Origin: Candidatus Spongiisociaceae bacterium | GTDB lineage: Bacteria; Actinomycetota; Acidimicrobiia; Spongiisociales; Spongiisociaceae | Direction of reading: 5' to 3' | NCBI GenBank assembly: GCA_965202665.1 | Contig: OZ241841.1 | Coordinates: 2,496,001-2,560,000, forward strand | DNA: 64,000 bases | Part shown: positions 10,382-19,512 of the stretch, one piece after another | Layout: each line of letters starts with the position of its first letter | Position numbering within the stretch: the first letter of the stretch is position 1 | Position numbers and translations under genes: made by a program | Notes under the pieces: generated by a model | Told to the model about the DNA's origin: nothing | What the model saw: the letters and a program-made list of their open reading frames with translations, nothing else | Database searches by the model: none

Positions 10382-11068
10382 ATGATGACCTTGCACACCT
10401 ATTCCATTGCGGAGGCGGCGCGGTTGATCAGCGTTCCCCGCACCACCCTGCATGGTTGGACGCAACCCCGTAGCGACGCCCGGGGGGAGTGGGGCCCGCT
10501 GGTGGAGCGCGTTCCCGGCCAGCGCGCCCTGTCTTTTGTTTCGTTGGCGGAGGCCTTTGTACTGGCGGCGGTGCGGGCGGCCGGAGTTTCCCCGCAGATC
10601 ATTCGTCCGGCGGTGGAAAAGTTGCGGGAGGAGATCGGTTTGGAGTACGCCCTGGCCTCCCGGAGGATGTTCACCGACGGGGCGGAGTTGCTCCATGAGT
10701 TTGCGGGAGATTCCCGGATCAGGCGGGCGGTGGGGCGGTTGACGGCGGTACGCAACGGGCGATGCGCGTTCCGGCCGGTGGCGGCGGGTTATCTGCAACG
10801 GCTGGTATATGAAGGGGGACGCGTCTCCAAAATCCGCCTGGAAACGCCCGGCGCGGCGATAATCCCGGGGGTTGGATCCGGCAGGCCGGTTTTTGAGGCC
10901 GCCTCTTGCTTGGTGGAAGTGGTGCTGTACCACTATGACGGCGGGGATGCGGTGGAGCAGCTGGTGGAGGACTTTCGGGTGCCCGCCGAATGCATCCAAG
11001 CGGTTATCGAACAGAGGCCCGCGTGGGCGGAGATGAGCGACCGCGCCAAGATCAGAAAAGCCGCCTGA
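10382..11068 (+). CDS. HTH + DUF433 protein (VapB45/Rv2018-like putative antitoxin)
   Basis: YSIAEAARLISVPRTTLHGW, LSFVSLAEAFVL, GSGRPVF...GDAVEQLVEDFRV. Confidence 0.75.
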   Translation: MMTLHTYSIAEAARLISVPRTTLHGWTQPRSDARGEWGPLVERVPGQRALSFVSLAEAFVLAAVRAAGVSPQIIRPAVEKLREEIGLEYALASRRMFTDGAELLHEFAGDSRIRRAVGRLTAVRNGRCAFRPVAAGYLQRLVYEGGRVSKIRLETPGAAIIPGVGSGRPVFEAASCLVEVVLYHYDGGDAVEQLVEDFRVPAECIQAVIEQRPAWAEMSDRAKIRKAA

Positions 11069-11078
11069 AAGGAGGGGG

Positions 11079-11699
11079 TCAGGCGGGGGTTATGCGGGCC
11101 GTTTCCCGCCACGGCTCGCCCGCCTGCAGCCCCTCCTCGTCCGGGGGGACCAGGGTGATGATTTCGGCGTGCTCCGGTTTCTCGTCCCAGAACCCTTCCA
11201 GCGGGCGGCCGGTCAGCGACAGGCGGGCGGCCTGCAGGGGATCCTGGTGGGAAACCACCGCCACCTCCTGTCCGGCGGGACGGCCCGCGAGCAGGGCGGT
11301 GACGGCGCGCTTCATGCGGTCCGCCAAAGCGGTGAGCGACTCCGGGGAGAAATCCATCTGCAGGGGATTGGTTAGATAGGCGCGCAACTCGCCGGGGCGC
11401 GCCTCCTCCAAATCCTCCCAGCGCAGGCCGCGCCAGCGGGCCAGCAAACCCCATTCGCCCAGTTCGGGCAGGATGTGCAGCGACAGGCCGGCCCGCCCGG
11501 AAATGACGGAGGCGGTTTGCAGGGCCCGCCGCAACGGGGAGGAGTACACCGCCGCCAACGGGCGGTCCGCCAGATGGGAAGCGGCCGCTTCGGCTTGGCG
11601 CCGGCCCCGTTCGCTTAGCCCGAAGCCGGGCAGGTCGGCGTACACCACCCCTTGCGGATTTTCCACCTCCCCGTGCCGTATCAGATGGCAGGAGGACAT
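11079..11699 (-). CDS. Histidine phosphatase family protein
   Basis: IRHGE, YSSPLRRALQT, VSHQD. Confidence 0.88.
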   Translation of the reverse strand: MSSCHLIRHGEVENPQGVVYADLPGFGLSERGRRQAEAAASHLADRPLAAVYSSPLRRALQTASVISGRAGLSLHILPELGEWGLLARWRGLRWEDLEEARPGELRAYLTNPLQMDFSPESLTALADRMKRAVTALLAGRPAGQEVAVVSHQDPLQAARLSLTGRPLEGFWDEKPEHAEIITLVPPDEEGLQAGEPWRETARITPA

Positions 11700-11728
11700 G
11701 CCGCCAGGGTAGCCGTCCGGGGGTGTTT

Positions 11729-11750
11729 CGTCGCAGGGGGCGGCTAGGTT
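11729..11750 (+). promoter_or_regulatory. Degenerate RecA-NDp/PafBC-type promoter for dinB
   Basis: CGTCGC-N10-TAGGTT, 8 nt before ATG 11759. Confidence 0.4.
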
Positions 11751-11758
11751 GGCGGATT

Positions 11759-12982
11759 ATGGACGGGCCGCGCATCGCAGAACCGAAACTGCATGTGGAC
11801 ATGGACGCCTTTTTCGTGGAGGTGGAACGGTTGGACGACCCTTCCCTGCGGGGGTTGCCGGTGGCGGTCGGGGGGGACGGCCCGCGGGGGGTGGTGGCCT
11901 CCGCCTCCTATGAGGCCCGGGCCCGCGGGGTGCGGTCGGCCCTGCCCATGTCGCGGGCCAAACGGATGTGCCCCGAGATGGTGGTGGTTCCCGGCCGCCA
12001 CCGCCGCTACGCGGAGGTCTCCGAGCGGGTGTTCGCCGTGTTCCGGGATTTCACCCCGCTGGTGCAGGGGCTGTCCTTGGACGAGGCTTTTTTGGACGTG
12101 GGCGGGTTGCGCTACCACTACCGGGACGCCCGGCGGGCGGCCGAGGCCATCCGGGCCCGCATTTTGGACGAGACCGGCCTGCCCGCCTCGGTGGGGGCGG
12201 CCACCGTCCTTTTCCTGGCCAAAATGGCCTCCGGGATGGCCAAACCGGACGGCGTGTACGTGGTGGCGGCCGGAACCGAGGCGGAGTTTCTGCGCGACCT
12301 GCCGGTGCGCAAGTTGTGGGGGGTGGGCGAATCCACCGGGGCGGAACTGGCGAAAATGGGCATCGCAACGGTGGGCGACCTGGCCCGCACCCCGCTTCCC
12401 GTTCTGCGGGGGCGGCTGGGCGATGCGGCGGGCGTACGCCTGCATGATCTGGCGCACGGCGTCGATCCCCGGCAGGTGGAGGTTTCCTCCTCCGCCAAGT
12501 CGGTGTCCGCCGAAGAGACCTACCAAGCCGACATTTCCGACCGCCCCGCCCTGGAAACGGAACTGCTGCGCTTGGCCGACCGGGTTTCCCACCGGTTGCG
12601 ATCCTCCGGCCTGTCGGGCCGCACCGTTTCCGTCAAGGTTCGCTTCTCCGACTTCTCCACCGTTACCCGCTCCGAAACTTTGGACGGCCCCGTCGACCTG
12701 ACCCGGATTATCTACCGCAGCGCCCTCCGCCTGCTGGACAGGGCCGGCGCCGGGGGCCGCCCGGTGCGGTTGCTGGGGGTGGGGGTGAGCGGCCTGACCG
12801 GGGAGGCTCAACCGGGAAAACCGGAGCAGCCGACGCTGGAGGAAGCGGACGGGCGGGCGGGGCGCTGGGATGATCTGGCCGAGGCGGTGGACGGGGCCCG
12901 TCGCCGGTTCGGGGCCGGGGCTTTGCGTCCCGCCCGCCTCGGCTCCGCCGACGGCGCGCCTAAAAAAACAAATCGCATATAA
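11759..12982 (+). CDS. dinB: DNA polymerase IV (Y family)
   Basis: HVDMDAFF, SYEAR, SLDEAF, KPDG motifs. Confidence 0.95.
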   Translation: MDGPRIAEPKLHVDMDAFFVEVERLDDPSLRGLPVAVGGDGPRGVVASASYEARARGVRSALPMSRAKRMCPEMVVVPGRHRRYAEVSERVFAVFRDFTPLVQGLSLDEAFLDVGGLRYHYRDARRAAEAIRARILDETGLPASVGAATVLFLAKMASGMAKPDGVYVVAAGTEAEFLRDLPVRKLWGVGESTGAELAKMGIATVGDLARTPLPVLRGRLGDAAGVRLHDLAHGVDPRQVEVSSSAKSVSAEETYQADISDRPALETELLRLADRVSHRLRSSGLSGRTVSVKVRFSDFSTVTRSETLDGPVDLTRIIYRSALRLLDRAGAGGRPVRLLGVGVSGLTGEAQPGKPEQPTLEEADGRAGRWDDLAEAVDGARRRFGAGALRPARLGSADGAPKKTNRI

Positions 12983-13019
12983 TGGGCGCGCGGGCAAAGC
13001 GGAACGATGGAGCGGCGGT

Positions 13020-13346
13020 ATGGCCCTGAGCGAGCGCGAACGGAAAATTCTCGACGAAATTGAACGTCAGTTCAAAAAGGAAGGTCCCGAGATAACGGAC
13101 GAGATCTCGGACTACGCCTCCTTTTCCCACCGTTGGATACGCTTTTCGGTGTTGGGAACGGTAGCGGGCGTGTTGCTTCTGGGCACCTACTTTTTCAGCC
13201 GCGAGCTGGCCCTGCTGGGTTTCGGGGTAACGGTGGCGTCGGTCAGCGCCTTGGTGTCCCTCATCCGCCGGGAGCGACAGCGGGCCGCCGGCCGGGACGG
13301 CCTCAAATACGATCCAAGATTTATCCGCCGTTTTTTTCACAGCTGA
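13020..13346 (+). CDS. DUF3040-like membrane protein
   Basis: MALSERERKILDEIERQF followed by two TM segments. Confidence 0.75.
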   Translation: MALSERERKILDEIERQFKKEGPEITDEISDYASFSHRWIRFSVLGTVAGVLLLGTYFFSRELALLGFGVTVASVSALVSLIRRERQRAAGRDGLKYDPRFIRRFFHS

Positions 13347-13505
13347 TTTTTCTTGACTACGATTGCCGTCTGTAGGCGGAGCAAGCGGACGAGATGGCGA
13401 GCCATCCACCTCCCCGTTCGGATACCCTGGAGTTGTTGCGCTCCTCCTGCCGACACCCCGACGGAAGGGCGGGCGGGTGCGCCCCCAGGATGCCAGGAGT
13501 AAGGT

Positions 13506-14012
13506 TTGCCACAAGGATTCACCGCCGGCCAAGCGTCCCGGCTGACGAACTGCACGGAGCACCAGCTCCGCTACTGGGACCAAGTGGGGTTGCTGGAGCC
13601 GTCGGTGCAGGCCACCGGCGGCCGGGCGGGCAAGCGCCGCCTGTATTCGTTCCAGGATTTGGTGGCCCTGCGGGTGGTGCGCAGCCTCTTGGACAGCGGG
13701 ATGTCGCTGCAACGGGTGCGCCGGGCCTGGGAGTACCTGCGCCGGCACGGCGACATGGACCGCCACCTGGGGGAGCTGACTTTGATCACCGACGGGGTCA
13801 CCATTTTCCATCTGGGCGATGACGACCAGGTGCTGGACGCGTTGCGCAACGGCCAGTTGGCCTTCCTGGTGGAGGTGGGGAAGGTGGCCCGGCAAGTGGA
13901 GGAGGACGTGACCCGGTTCGAACTGGACCGGGAACGGTTTCTGGAGTTTCTGCGCAGCGGGGAGGAGGATGTCCGCAGTCAGCGGCGCGGGCGGCGGGCG
14001 GCGGGCGGTTAA
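13506..14012 (+). CDS. MerR-family transcriptional regulator
   Basis: QLRYWDQVGLLEPS...RRLYSFQDL...GMSLQRVR. Confidence 0.9.
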   Translation: MPQGFTAGQASRLTNCTEHQLRYWDQVGLLEPSVQATGGRAGKRRLYSFQDLVALRVVRSLLDSGMSLQRVRRAWEYLRRHGDMDRHLGELTLITDGVTIFHLGDDDQVLDALRNGQLAFLVEVGKVARQVEEDVTRFELDRERFLEFLRSGEEDVRSQRRGRRAAGG

Positions 14013-14048
14013 CGTCCTCCGGGCCGCTCGGCGCGGGCCGGACGGCCC

Positions 14049-14297
14049 GTGACCGGGATCGTGTGGCGGGTGTTGTTGCGCCGGCCCGGCCTGGCGGCGG
14101 AGGCGGCGCGCTTGGCGGCGGCGGCCGCTCCCCGCGGTTGGTTCCGCCGCCCCCCTTTTCTGCCCATCCCGGATCCCGAGTATCTCCGGTGGCGAATGGC
14201 CGCCGCCTACGGCCGCCCCGACCGGAAACCGACCGTTCGGGAAATGGAAGATTTTTTGGTTTGGCGGCGGCGGTTGCGCCGCGCCCGCGCCCGGTGA
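14049..14297 (+). CDS. Small hypothetical protein
   Basis: Plausible 82-aa ORF (PPFLPIPDPEYLRWRM) between same-strand genes. Confidence 0.65.
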   Translation: MTGIVWRVLLRRPGLAAEAARLAAAAAPRGWFRRPPFLPIPDPEYLRWRMAAAYGRPDRKPTVREMEDFLVWRRRLRRARAR

Positions 14298-14393
14298 AAC
14301 GGGGGGATGGTTTCCGCTCCGCGCCGGGCTTGGTAAGGTTAGGGACGCGCCCGGCGGCAACCGCCGGGCGCGATAGGGAAAAAGGAAAGGAAA

Positions 14394-14900
14394 ATGGCCG
14401 AACGGGCGCTGGTCCTCAACGCAACCTATGAACCGCTGTCCATTGTCAGCAGCCGCCGGGCCGTCGTGCTGGTGTTGCGCGACAAGGCGGACACGGTGGC
14501 CCCCGCCGATGTCACCTGGCGCACCGCCGACCGGACTTTCGAGGTGCCGTCGGTGGTGCGGTTGCGCAACTACGTGAAGGTGCCGTACAACCGCCGCGTT
14601 CCCCTTACCCGAACCGCGGTGTTCGCCCGCGACGGTCACCGTTGCCAGTATTGCCGGGCCCCCGCCGAGAGTTTGGACCATGTGGTGCCCAAGGCCAACG
14701 GCGGTGAGCACAGCTGGGAGAACGTGGTGGCCTGTTGCCGCCGGTGCAACATGCGCAAAGGCGACCGGTTGCCGCACGAGGCGGGGCTGAAACTGACCCG
14801 CACCCCTTCCACACCCAACTATCAGGGCTGGCTGTACGCCGCTTTGGGACGAAGCCGCGATCCGCGCTGGGTCCCCTACCTGCTGGCCGAACCCGCCTGA
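14394..14900 (+). CDS. HNH endonuclease (McrA-like)
   Basis: LVLNATYEPL, RDGHRCQYC, DHVVP, WENVVACCRRCN. Confidence 0.9.
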   Translation: MAERALVLNATYEPLSIVSSRRAVVLVLRDKADTVAPADVTWRTADRTFEVPSVVRLRNYVKVPYNRRVPLTRTAVFARDGHRCQYCRAPAESLDHVVPKANGGEHSWENVVACCRRCNMRKGDRLPHEAGLKLTRTPSTPNYQGWLYAALGRSRDPRWVPYLLAEPA

Positions 14901-14981
14901 CCCCGCCGGGCGGGGCAGCGAGCGCAGGGGGTAAGATAACGGGGTTCCGGGAAATATTCCGGGAAGCGATGGAGGTAAAGC

Positions 14982-15554
14982 ATGGCCGTAGAATCGATGA
15001 TGTTGCCGCTGGGCACGCCCGCCCCCGATTTTGACCTGTTGGACACGGTGAGCGGGAAGCGGATGCGCTTGGCCGATTTTGCGGAGGCCAAGGCCCTGGT
15101 GGTGATGTTCATATGCAACCACTGTCCGTACGTGATCCATCTCCGGGAGGGCTTGGCGGAGTTCGGCCGGGACTACGCCGGAGGGGAGGCGGCGGTGGCG
15201 GCCGTCAGCTCCAACGACGCCGACGGCTACCCGGACGACGCCCCCGATCGGCTGGGGGAGGTAGCGCGGGAGGTCGGATACCCCTTCCCGGTGCTGTACG
15301 ACGAAACGCAGGAGGTTGCCTTGGCCTACAAAGCGGCCTGCACCCCCGACTTCTACCTGTTCGACGCCGACCGGAAGCTGGCCTACCGGGGCCGGTTCGA
15401 CGGCTCCCGCCCCAATTCGGGGGTTCCGGTCACCGGCTCCGATCTGCGGGCGGCGGTGGACGCCGTTTTAGCCGGCGAACCGGTAACAGACCGGCAGTCG
15501 CCTTCCATGGGTTGCTCCATAAAATGGCGCCCCGGCGTAGACCCCGGCTACTAG
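14982..15554 (+). CDS. Thioredoxin-like AhpC/TSA family protein
   Basis: APDF, CNHCPYV, ACTPDF, GCSIKW. Confidence 0.9.
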   Translation: MAVESMMLPLGTPAPDFDLLDTVSGKRMRLADFAEAKALVVMFICNHCPYVIHLREGLAEFGRDYAGGEAAVAAVSSNDADGYPDDAPDRLGEVAREVGYPFPVLYDETQEVALAYKAACTPDFYLFDADRKLAYRGRFDGSRPNSGVPVTGSDLRAAVDAVLAGEPVTDRQSPSMGCSIKWRPGVDPGY

Positions 15555-15760
15555 GCCAGACCAGGTAAATCCGAGCCGGATACCGCCCGTAGCGGGGGGG
15601 AGGGGCACTCTGGGCCGTTCAAGTAAGAATGCGACCCCCTGTCCCGACCGTTTACGGGTATCGTCCATCCATGCCCGCAATTATTAGCGGAACGCCCGTA
15701 CCGACGCGCAACCCGACGGGTTGTCCGGGCTTAATTTGAACCCCCTTTTTTTTTGGGGTA

Positions 15761-16012
15761 GGGGAAGCGTTTTCAAGAACGCGAAAGAATTACTTAGCCT
15801 CGCTTGCCTCCAAATTTGGCTTCTACCAGGTATTTTGCCGGCCCGTTACGTGAACCCCCCGACGACCCCCTTGTCCGGGTCGGATTTTCTGGGTATGTTG
15901 TGGGCGGGTGGGAGGGGGGTGGGTGGGCCCCGAGTTAAGAAATTTTTCGGGAACGCGAAAAAAATGCTTAGCGGGGGGAGTGGCGTAGTGTCGGAATCGG
16001 GGGGGGGGGGAA
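15761..16012. repeat. ~250-bp repeat unit, copy 1
   Basis: GGGGAAGCGTTTTCAAGAACGCGAAAGAATTACTT...GGAATCGGGG; near-identical to 17489-17718. Confidence 0.9.
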
Positions 16013-16039
16013 GGGGGGTGTTCCTGTCTGTTTGTCAAG

Positions 16040-17251
16040 TTGAGTTGGGTTGGTGGTGGGGGTTGTAGGGGGTTTGGGTTTTGAGCATGGTGAGGATGAT
16101 GTGTGCTGTGGCGGCGGGCGACGGCGGTGAGGGCGGTGCGGTGGCTTTTGCCTTGGTCGCGTTTGGTTTGGTAGTAGCGTTCGGCGTGGGGGTCGTTTCG
16201 GATGGCTACTAAGGCGGCTTGGTGCATGGCGTTTTGGAGCCGTTTGTTGCCTGCTCGGTTGTGGGTGGTGGTGTTGAGGGTGGTTCCGGAGCTGTGGTGG
16301 GTGGGGGCTAGGCCGTAGGAGGCTAGTTTGGCTCCGTTGGCGAACCGGTGGGGGTCACCCTGTTTCGGTGAGGGTTGGGGTGGTGGTCCTGGTAGCGAAT
16401 CCGGGGATTGTCACCGGGACCTGTCCAAGAGGGTGTGTTCGCAGCTCCTCGCTGAGGGCTTTCTCCAGTTGCTTGCGGTGAGTAACGATTCGGTCGAGGG
16501 TTTCGGCGTGGTTGGGGATGATCTGGGCCCAGGCTTCCGCGGCGGGAAGTTCGATGGGTTGGGATTTCACCGCTTCCCAGATAAGGGGGGCGGCTTTGTC
16601 GGATAGGCGGGGGGAGCGTTTGTGGATAAGGTTGCGGATACGAGCCCGGCCCGCTTTCCGCAACTGCCCGATGGTGGGGTATTTACGGAGTAGGTCCAGG
16701 ATTCCGGGGCTGGTCAGCCGGTTGCCGATAGTCCGTTCCAAAGCGGGGCAGGTGCTGAGCAGGGCGTCCCGGAGACGGTTGATGATCCGCGTTTGATCGG
16801 CGGCGAGGTCTTCGTCATGGCCGTTCAAAGCCCGCATACGAGCCAGTTGCCCATCGGTTGCCTCCACAACATGGAGCCGGTCCAGGTTGCGTCGGGCGTA
16901 ATCCGCCAGAACCCAGGCGTCTTTCGGATCCGTTTTAGCGGCGCCGTCGTATAGTTGGGCGGCTCGGCGCATCCGCAACCCGGTAACATACGCCACCGGC
17001 GCCCCCCGCTGCTCGGCGGCCGTCAGTAACATCACCGCTCCGCTGGAGATCATATCCACCACCATCAACGCCCGGTGTTCCCCGGCGGCGGCCTCTGTCT
17101 GGTCCAGCAGCTGCTCCACTGCGGCCGGGTCGTTGCCGACCGAGCCCTCGAACAAAGTTTCCCCATCCGGGGTCAGGGCTTGCGCCCAGTGCCGTTCCTT
17201 GCCCATATCCACACCAACGAACACCCCTATTTGCGGCTGATCGCCCGTCAT
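16040..17251 (-). pseudogene. IS110 transposase, frameshifted in C-terminal half
   Basis: VGVDMGK...KTDPKDA N-terminus; ORF stops at 16355, and C-terminal motifs (YYQTKRDQGKSHRTALTAVARR) lie in another frame; 3' limit approximate. Confidence 0.85.
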
Positions 17252-17289
17252 CTCCGGCTCCTCCCGAAGTCGCTTACTTGTCTCCGCTC

Positions 17290-17480
17290 ACCGGCGCGAT
17301 CGTCTCATCCACCTTACAAACATCCCAACCTTCGGGTCGCAGGTTCCCCTAAGAGCTACGACCGCACACAAACATAGCGGGCGGCAACACATCCCAAGAC
17401 CTCAAAATGACAGGGCGGGCGAGCCCCTGCCCGCTATGCCGAGTGACCGGCCAAGAATAAAACCAAAACCGGCCCAACAA
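17290..17480 (-). ncRNA. Candidate IS110 bridge RNA
   Basis: Non-coding end upstream of the transposase. It has a perfect 10-bp IR (17373-17382/17429-17438) and a second stem (17297-17303/17358-17364) whose loop contains GTAAGG, complementary to the element end CCTTAC. Confidence 0.55.
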
Positions 17481-17488
17481 AGGTAAGG

Positions 17489-17718
17489 GGGGAAGCGTTT
17501 TCAAGAACGCGAAAGAATTACTTGGTCTCGCTTGCCTCCAAATTTGGCTTCTACCAGATCTTTTGCCGGGCCGTTATGTGAACCCCCCCGACGACCCCCT
17601 TGTCGAGCTCAGTTTTCTGAGTATGTTGTGGGGGTGGGCCCCGAATTAAGAATTTTTTGGGAACGCGAAAAAAATGCTTAGCGGGGGGAGTGGCGTCGTA
17701 TCGGAATCGGGGGAGGGG
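17489..17718. repeat. ~230-bp repeat unit, copy 2
   Basis: Direct repeat of 15761-16012 with substitutions and a short deletion. Confidence 0.9.
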
Positions 17719-17791
17719 CGTTTTATGTGTGCTTGCGTGTGAGCGCCTGCGGGTGGTTTTGGCTACTTAGACCGGGGCGGGACCTAGGGAC

Positions 17792-18982
17792 CTAGGCGAG
17801 AAGTTGTTTTTGCAGGGGGGCGGGGAAGCGGACTTTGAAGCGGGTGTTTCCTATCAGTTTCTGCAACCGGTGGGCGGTTTGGTTGATGTCGTTCCGCTGT
17901 TCGGGGCTGACTTCGGCCAGCAACCGGATGGCGATTTCCCCGTCGGGGCGTTGCGCCCAGCCGCCTACGATCCGGCCGTCCGCCCACACGGTGGGACCGG
18001 CGTTGCCGTTGCGGTCGAACAGCAACGGGACGTGCTCCGAGTTCAAAAACCAGTCTTTGTCTTTCCAGCCCATCGTGGTCGGATCCAAACCGGGAAGCAA
18101 CGCCGTCCAAGGCGGGGTTTCCCCGGTCGGTTGGTCGTCGCCCCCGTTCACCCAGCCCGCCCGTCCGCCCGGCAAAATAACCTCCGCCGCCCCCGCCTGT
18201 TGCAAGGCCCGCCGGGTTTTGGCGGCCGTCCATCCCGTCCACCACCGCAGGTCGGTTTCGGGAGCGGGGCCGAACCGGTCCAGCCACCGCCGGGCCAGTT
18301 CCGCCGCCGCCTCCTCCGGGTCCTCCCCGTCCAACCCGTCCGGGAAGCGGTCGGTCATCGCCGCCCATTGGTACTGGGAGCTGATCCAGGAACCTCCGTC
18401 CGGCCGCCCCCGCACGATCCGCCCTTCGAATCCCATCAGGAACAACAACCGGGCCAGGGCCGACTGTTGCGCGTTGTAAGGTTTGCCCGGGGCCAGGTCC
18501 AGCATCACCCGCAAGTCGGGCAACTCCCGCCCCAGGGTGCGGGTGTCCGCCTCCCCCCGGTTGCGCAGAACTTCCAACACCCTCCCGGCGGCGGATTCCA
18601 TCCACGCCCGGCCGTCCCCCATCCCGCCCTGCCCTTCCAGCAGGCCCGCCATTCTTTCCTTTTCTTTGGCCAGGATGTCGACGGCGGCCGCGGCGTGGGC
18701 CAGGCGGGCCGTCTCCGGGGTGGACACCCAGATGGTGCGGCGCATGGCGTGAAAGCGGATCAGGCGGTAATCCTCGTAGAGGGCCCTCCCCACCGATTTC
18801 AGCGAAGGAACCACCATGCGGGCGGCGGCCGACAGGTACACCGAAACCGGGTCGCTGGAATGGAGGCAAACCAGGGCGTCGGCGATGGCGGCCGGATCGT
18901 CGGTACGGGCGGACGGCATCAGCAAATGCCGATGGGCCAACCGGCGGCGGCGTTCCCCGTCGTCGAAGACGGCCGCCGCCAT
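17792..18982 (-). CDS. Winged-helix HTH_42 (AlkZ/YcaQ-like) DNA glycosylase family protein
   Basis: LHSSDPVSVYLS, HAMRRTIW, LARRWLDRFGPAPETDLRWWTGW, LLPGLDP, DGRIVGGW. Confidence 0.8.
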   Translation of the reverse strand: MAAAVFDDGERRRRLAHRHLLMPSARTDDPAAIADALVCLHSSDPVSVYLSAAARMVVPSLKSVGRALYEDYRLIRFHAMRRTIWVSTPETARLAHAAAAVDILAKEKERMAGLLEGQGGMGDGRAWMESAAGRVLEVLRNRGEADTRTLGRELPDLRVMLDLAPGKPYNAQQSALARLLFLMGFEGRIVRGRPDGGSWISSQYQWAAMTDRFPDGLDGEDPEEAAAELARRWLDRFGPAPETDLRWWTGWTAAKTRRALQQAGAAEVILPGGRAGWVNGGDDQPTGETPPWTALLPGLDPTTMGWKDKDWFLNSEHVPLLFDRNGNAGPTVWADGRIVGGWAQRPDGEIAIRLLAEVSPEQRNDINQTAHRLQKLIGNTRFKVRFPAPLQKQLLA

Positions 18983-18985
18983 CCC

Positions 18986-19399
18986 CTACGCCGGGTCGTC
19001 CAGCAGGGCGGCGAAGTCGGCCGCGATCCGTTTCCAATGCCGGCGTTGGGTTTCCCGTTCGGCGGCCCCCGACAGCCGTTCCTGATGGAAACGAATCCCG
19101 GTGCGCTCCCCTTTGTCCTCCAAGGCGATCTGCACCGTGCTGTCGTGGTCCCAGTGGGCGGGCCGCCAGGTGAGCCGGATGCGGTCGTTGGGGCGGAAAC
19201 TGCGCAACTCGCCGGTTACGCCGTCCGCCGTCTCATAGGCCTCTTTTTTCAATCCCCGGAAGGCGACATCCTCCCCCAGCCACAGGGCGATGCCGGCCGG
19301 GCTGACCAGTCCCCTCCACACATCCTCCACCGGCCGCCCAACGGTGACGGACACTCCTATCTGCCATCCGGCGTCTTTGGTTTTCCCGACCGGCGTCAT
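18986..19399 (-). CDS. SRPBCC/AHSA1-domain protein
   Basis: PVEDVWRGL...RIRLTW...TGIRFHQERL...HWKR. Confidence 0.8.
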   Translation of the reverse strand: MTPVGKTKDAGWQIGVSVTVGRPVEDVWRGLVSPAGIALWLGEDVAFRGLKKEAYETADGVTGELRSFRPNDRIRLTWRPAHWDHDSTVQIALEDKGERTGIRFHQERLSGAAERETQRRHWKRIAADFAALLDDPA

Positions 19400-19512
19400 C
19401 TGCGCCTCTCCTTGCTTGGTCCCGGCAGCCCCATTTTATCCCGGCGGGTTTTCCAGACAGCCCCCGGTATAGTTGGAACCGACCGGCAGGCGGGAAGAAG
19501 GGAAATAAACAG

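Larger units (their letters stand above)
16012..17487 (-). mobile_element. IS110-family insertion sequence (degenerate)
   Basis: DEDD transposase; no terminal IRs; AAGGGGGG at both junctions (16011-16018, 17485-17492); end sequence TTGACAAACAGACAGGAACACCCC on minus strand. Confidence 0.85.

Noticed and set aside
15999-16010. Poly-G phase-variation tract
   Set aside because: Intergenic at the IS junction, not within a gene or recognisable promoter.
15761-17718. Target-site duplication or composite transposon ends
   Set aside because: The repeats are too long and diverged for a TSD, encode no transposase, and IS110 does not make long duplications.
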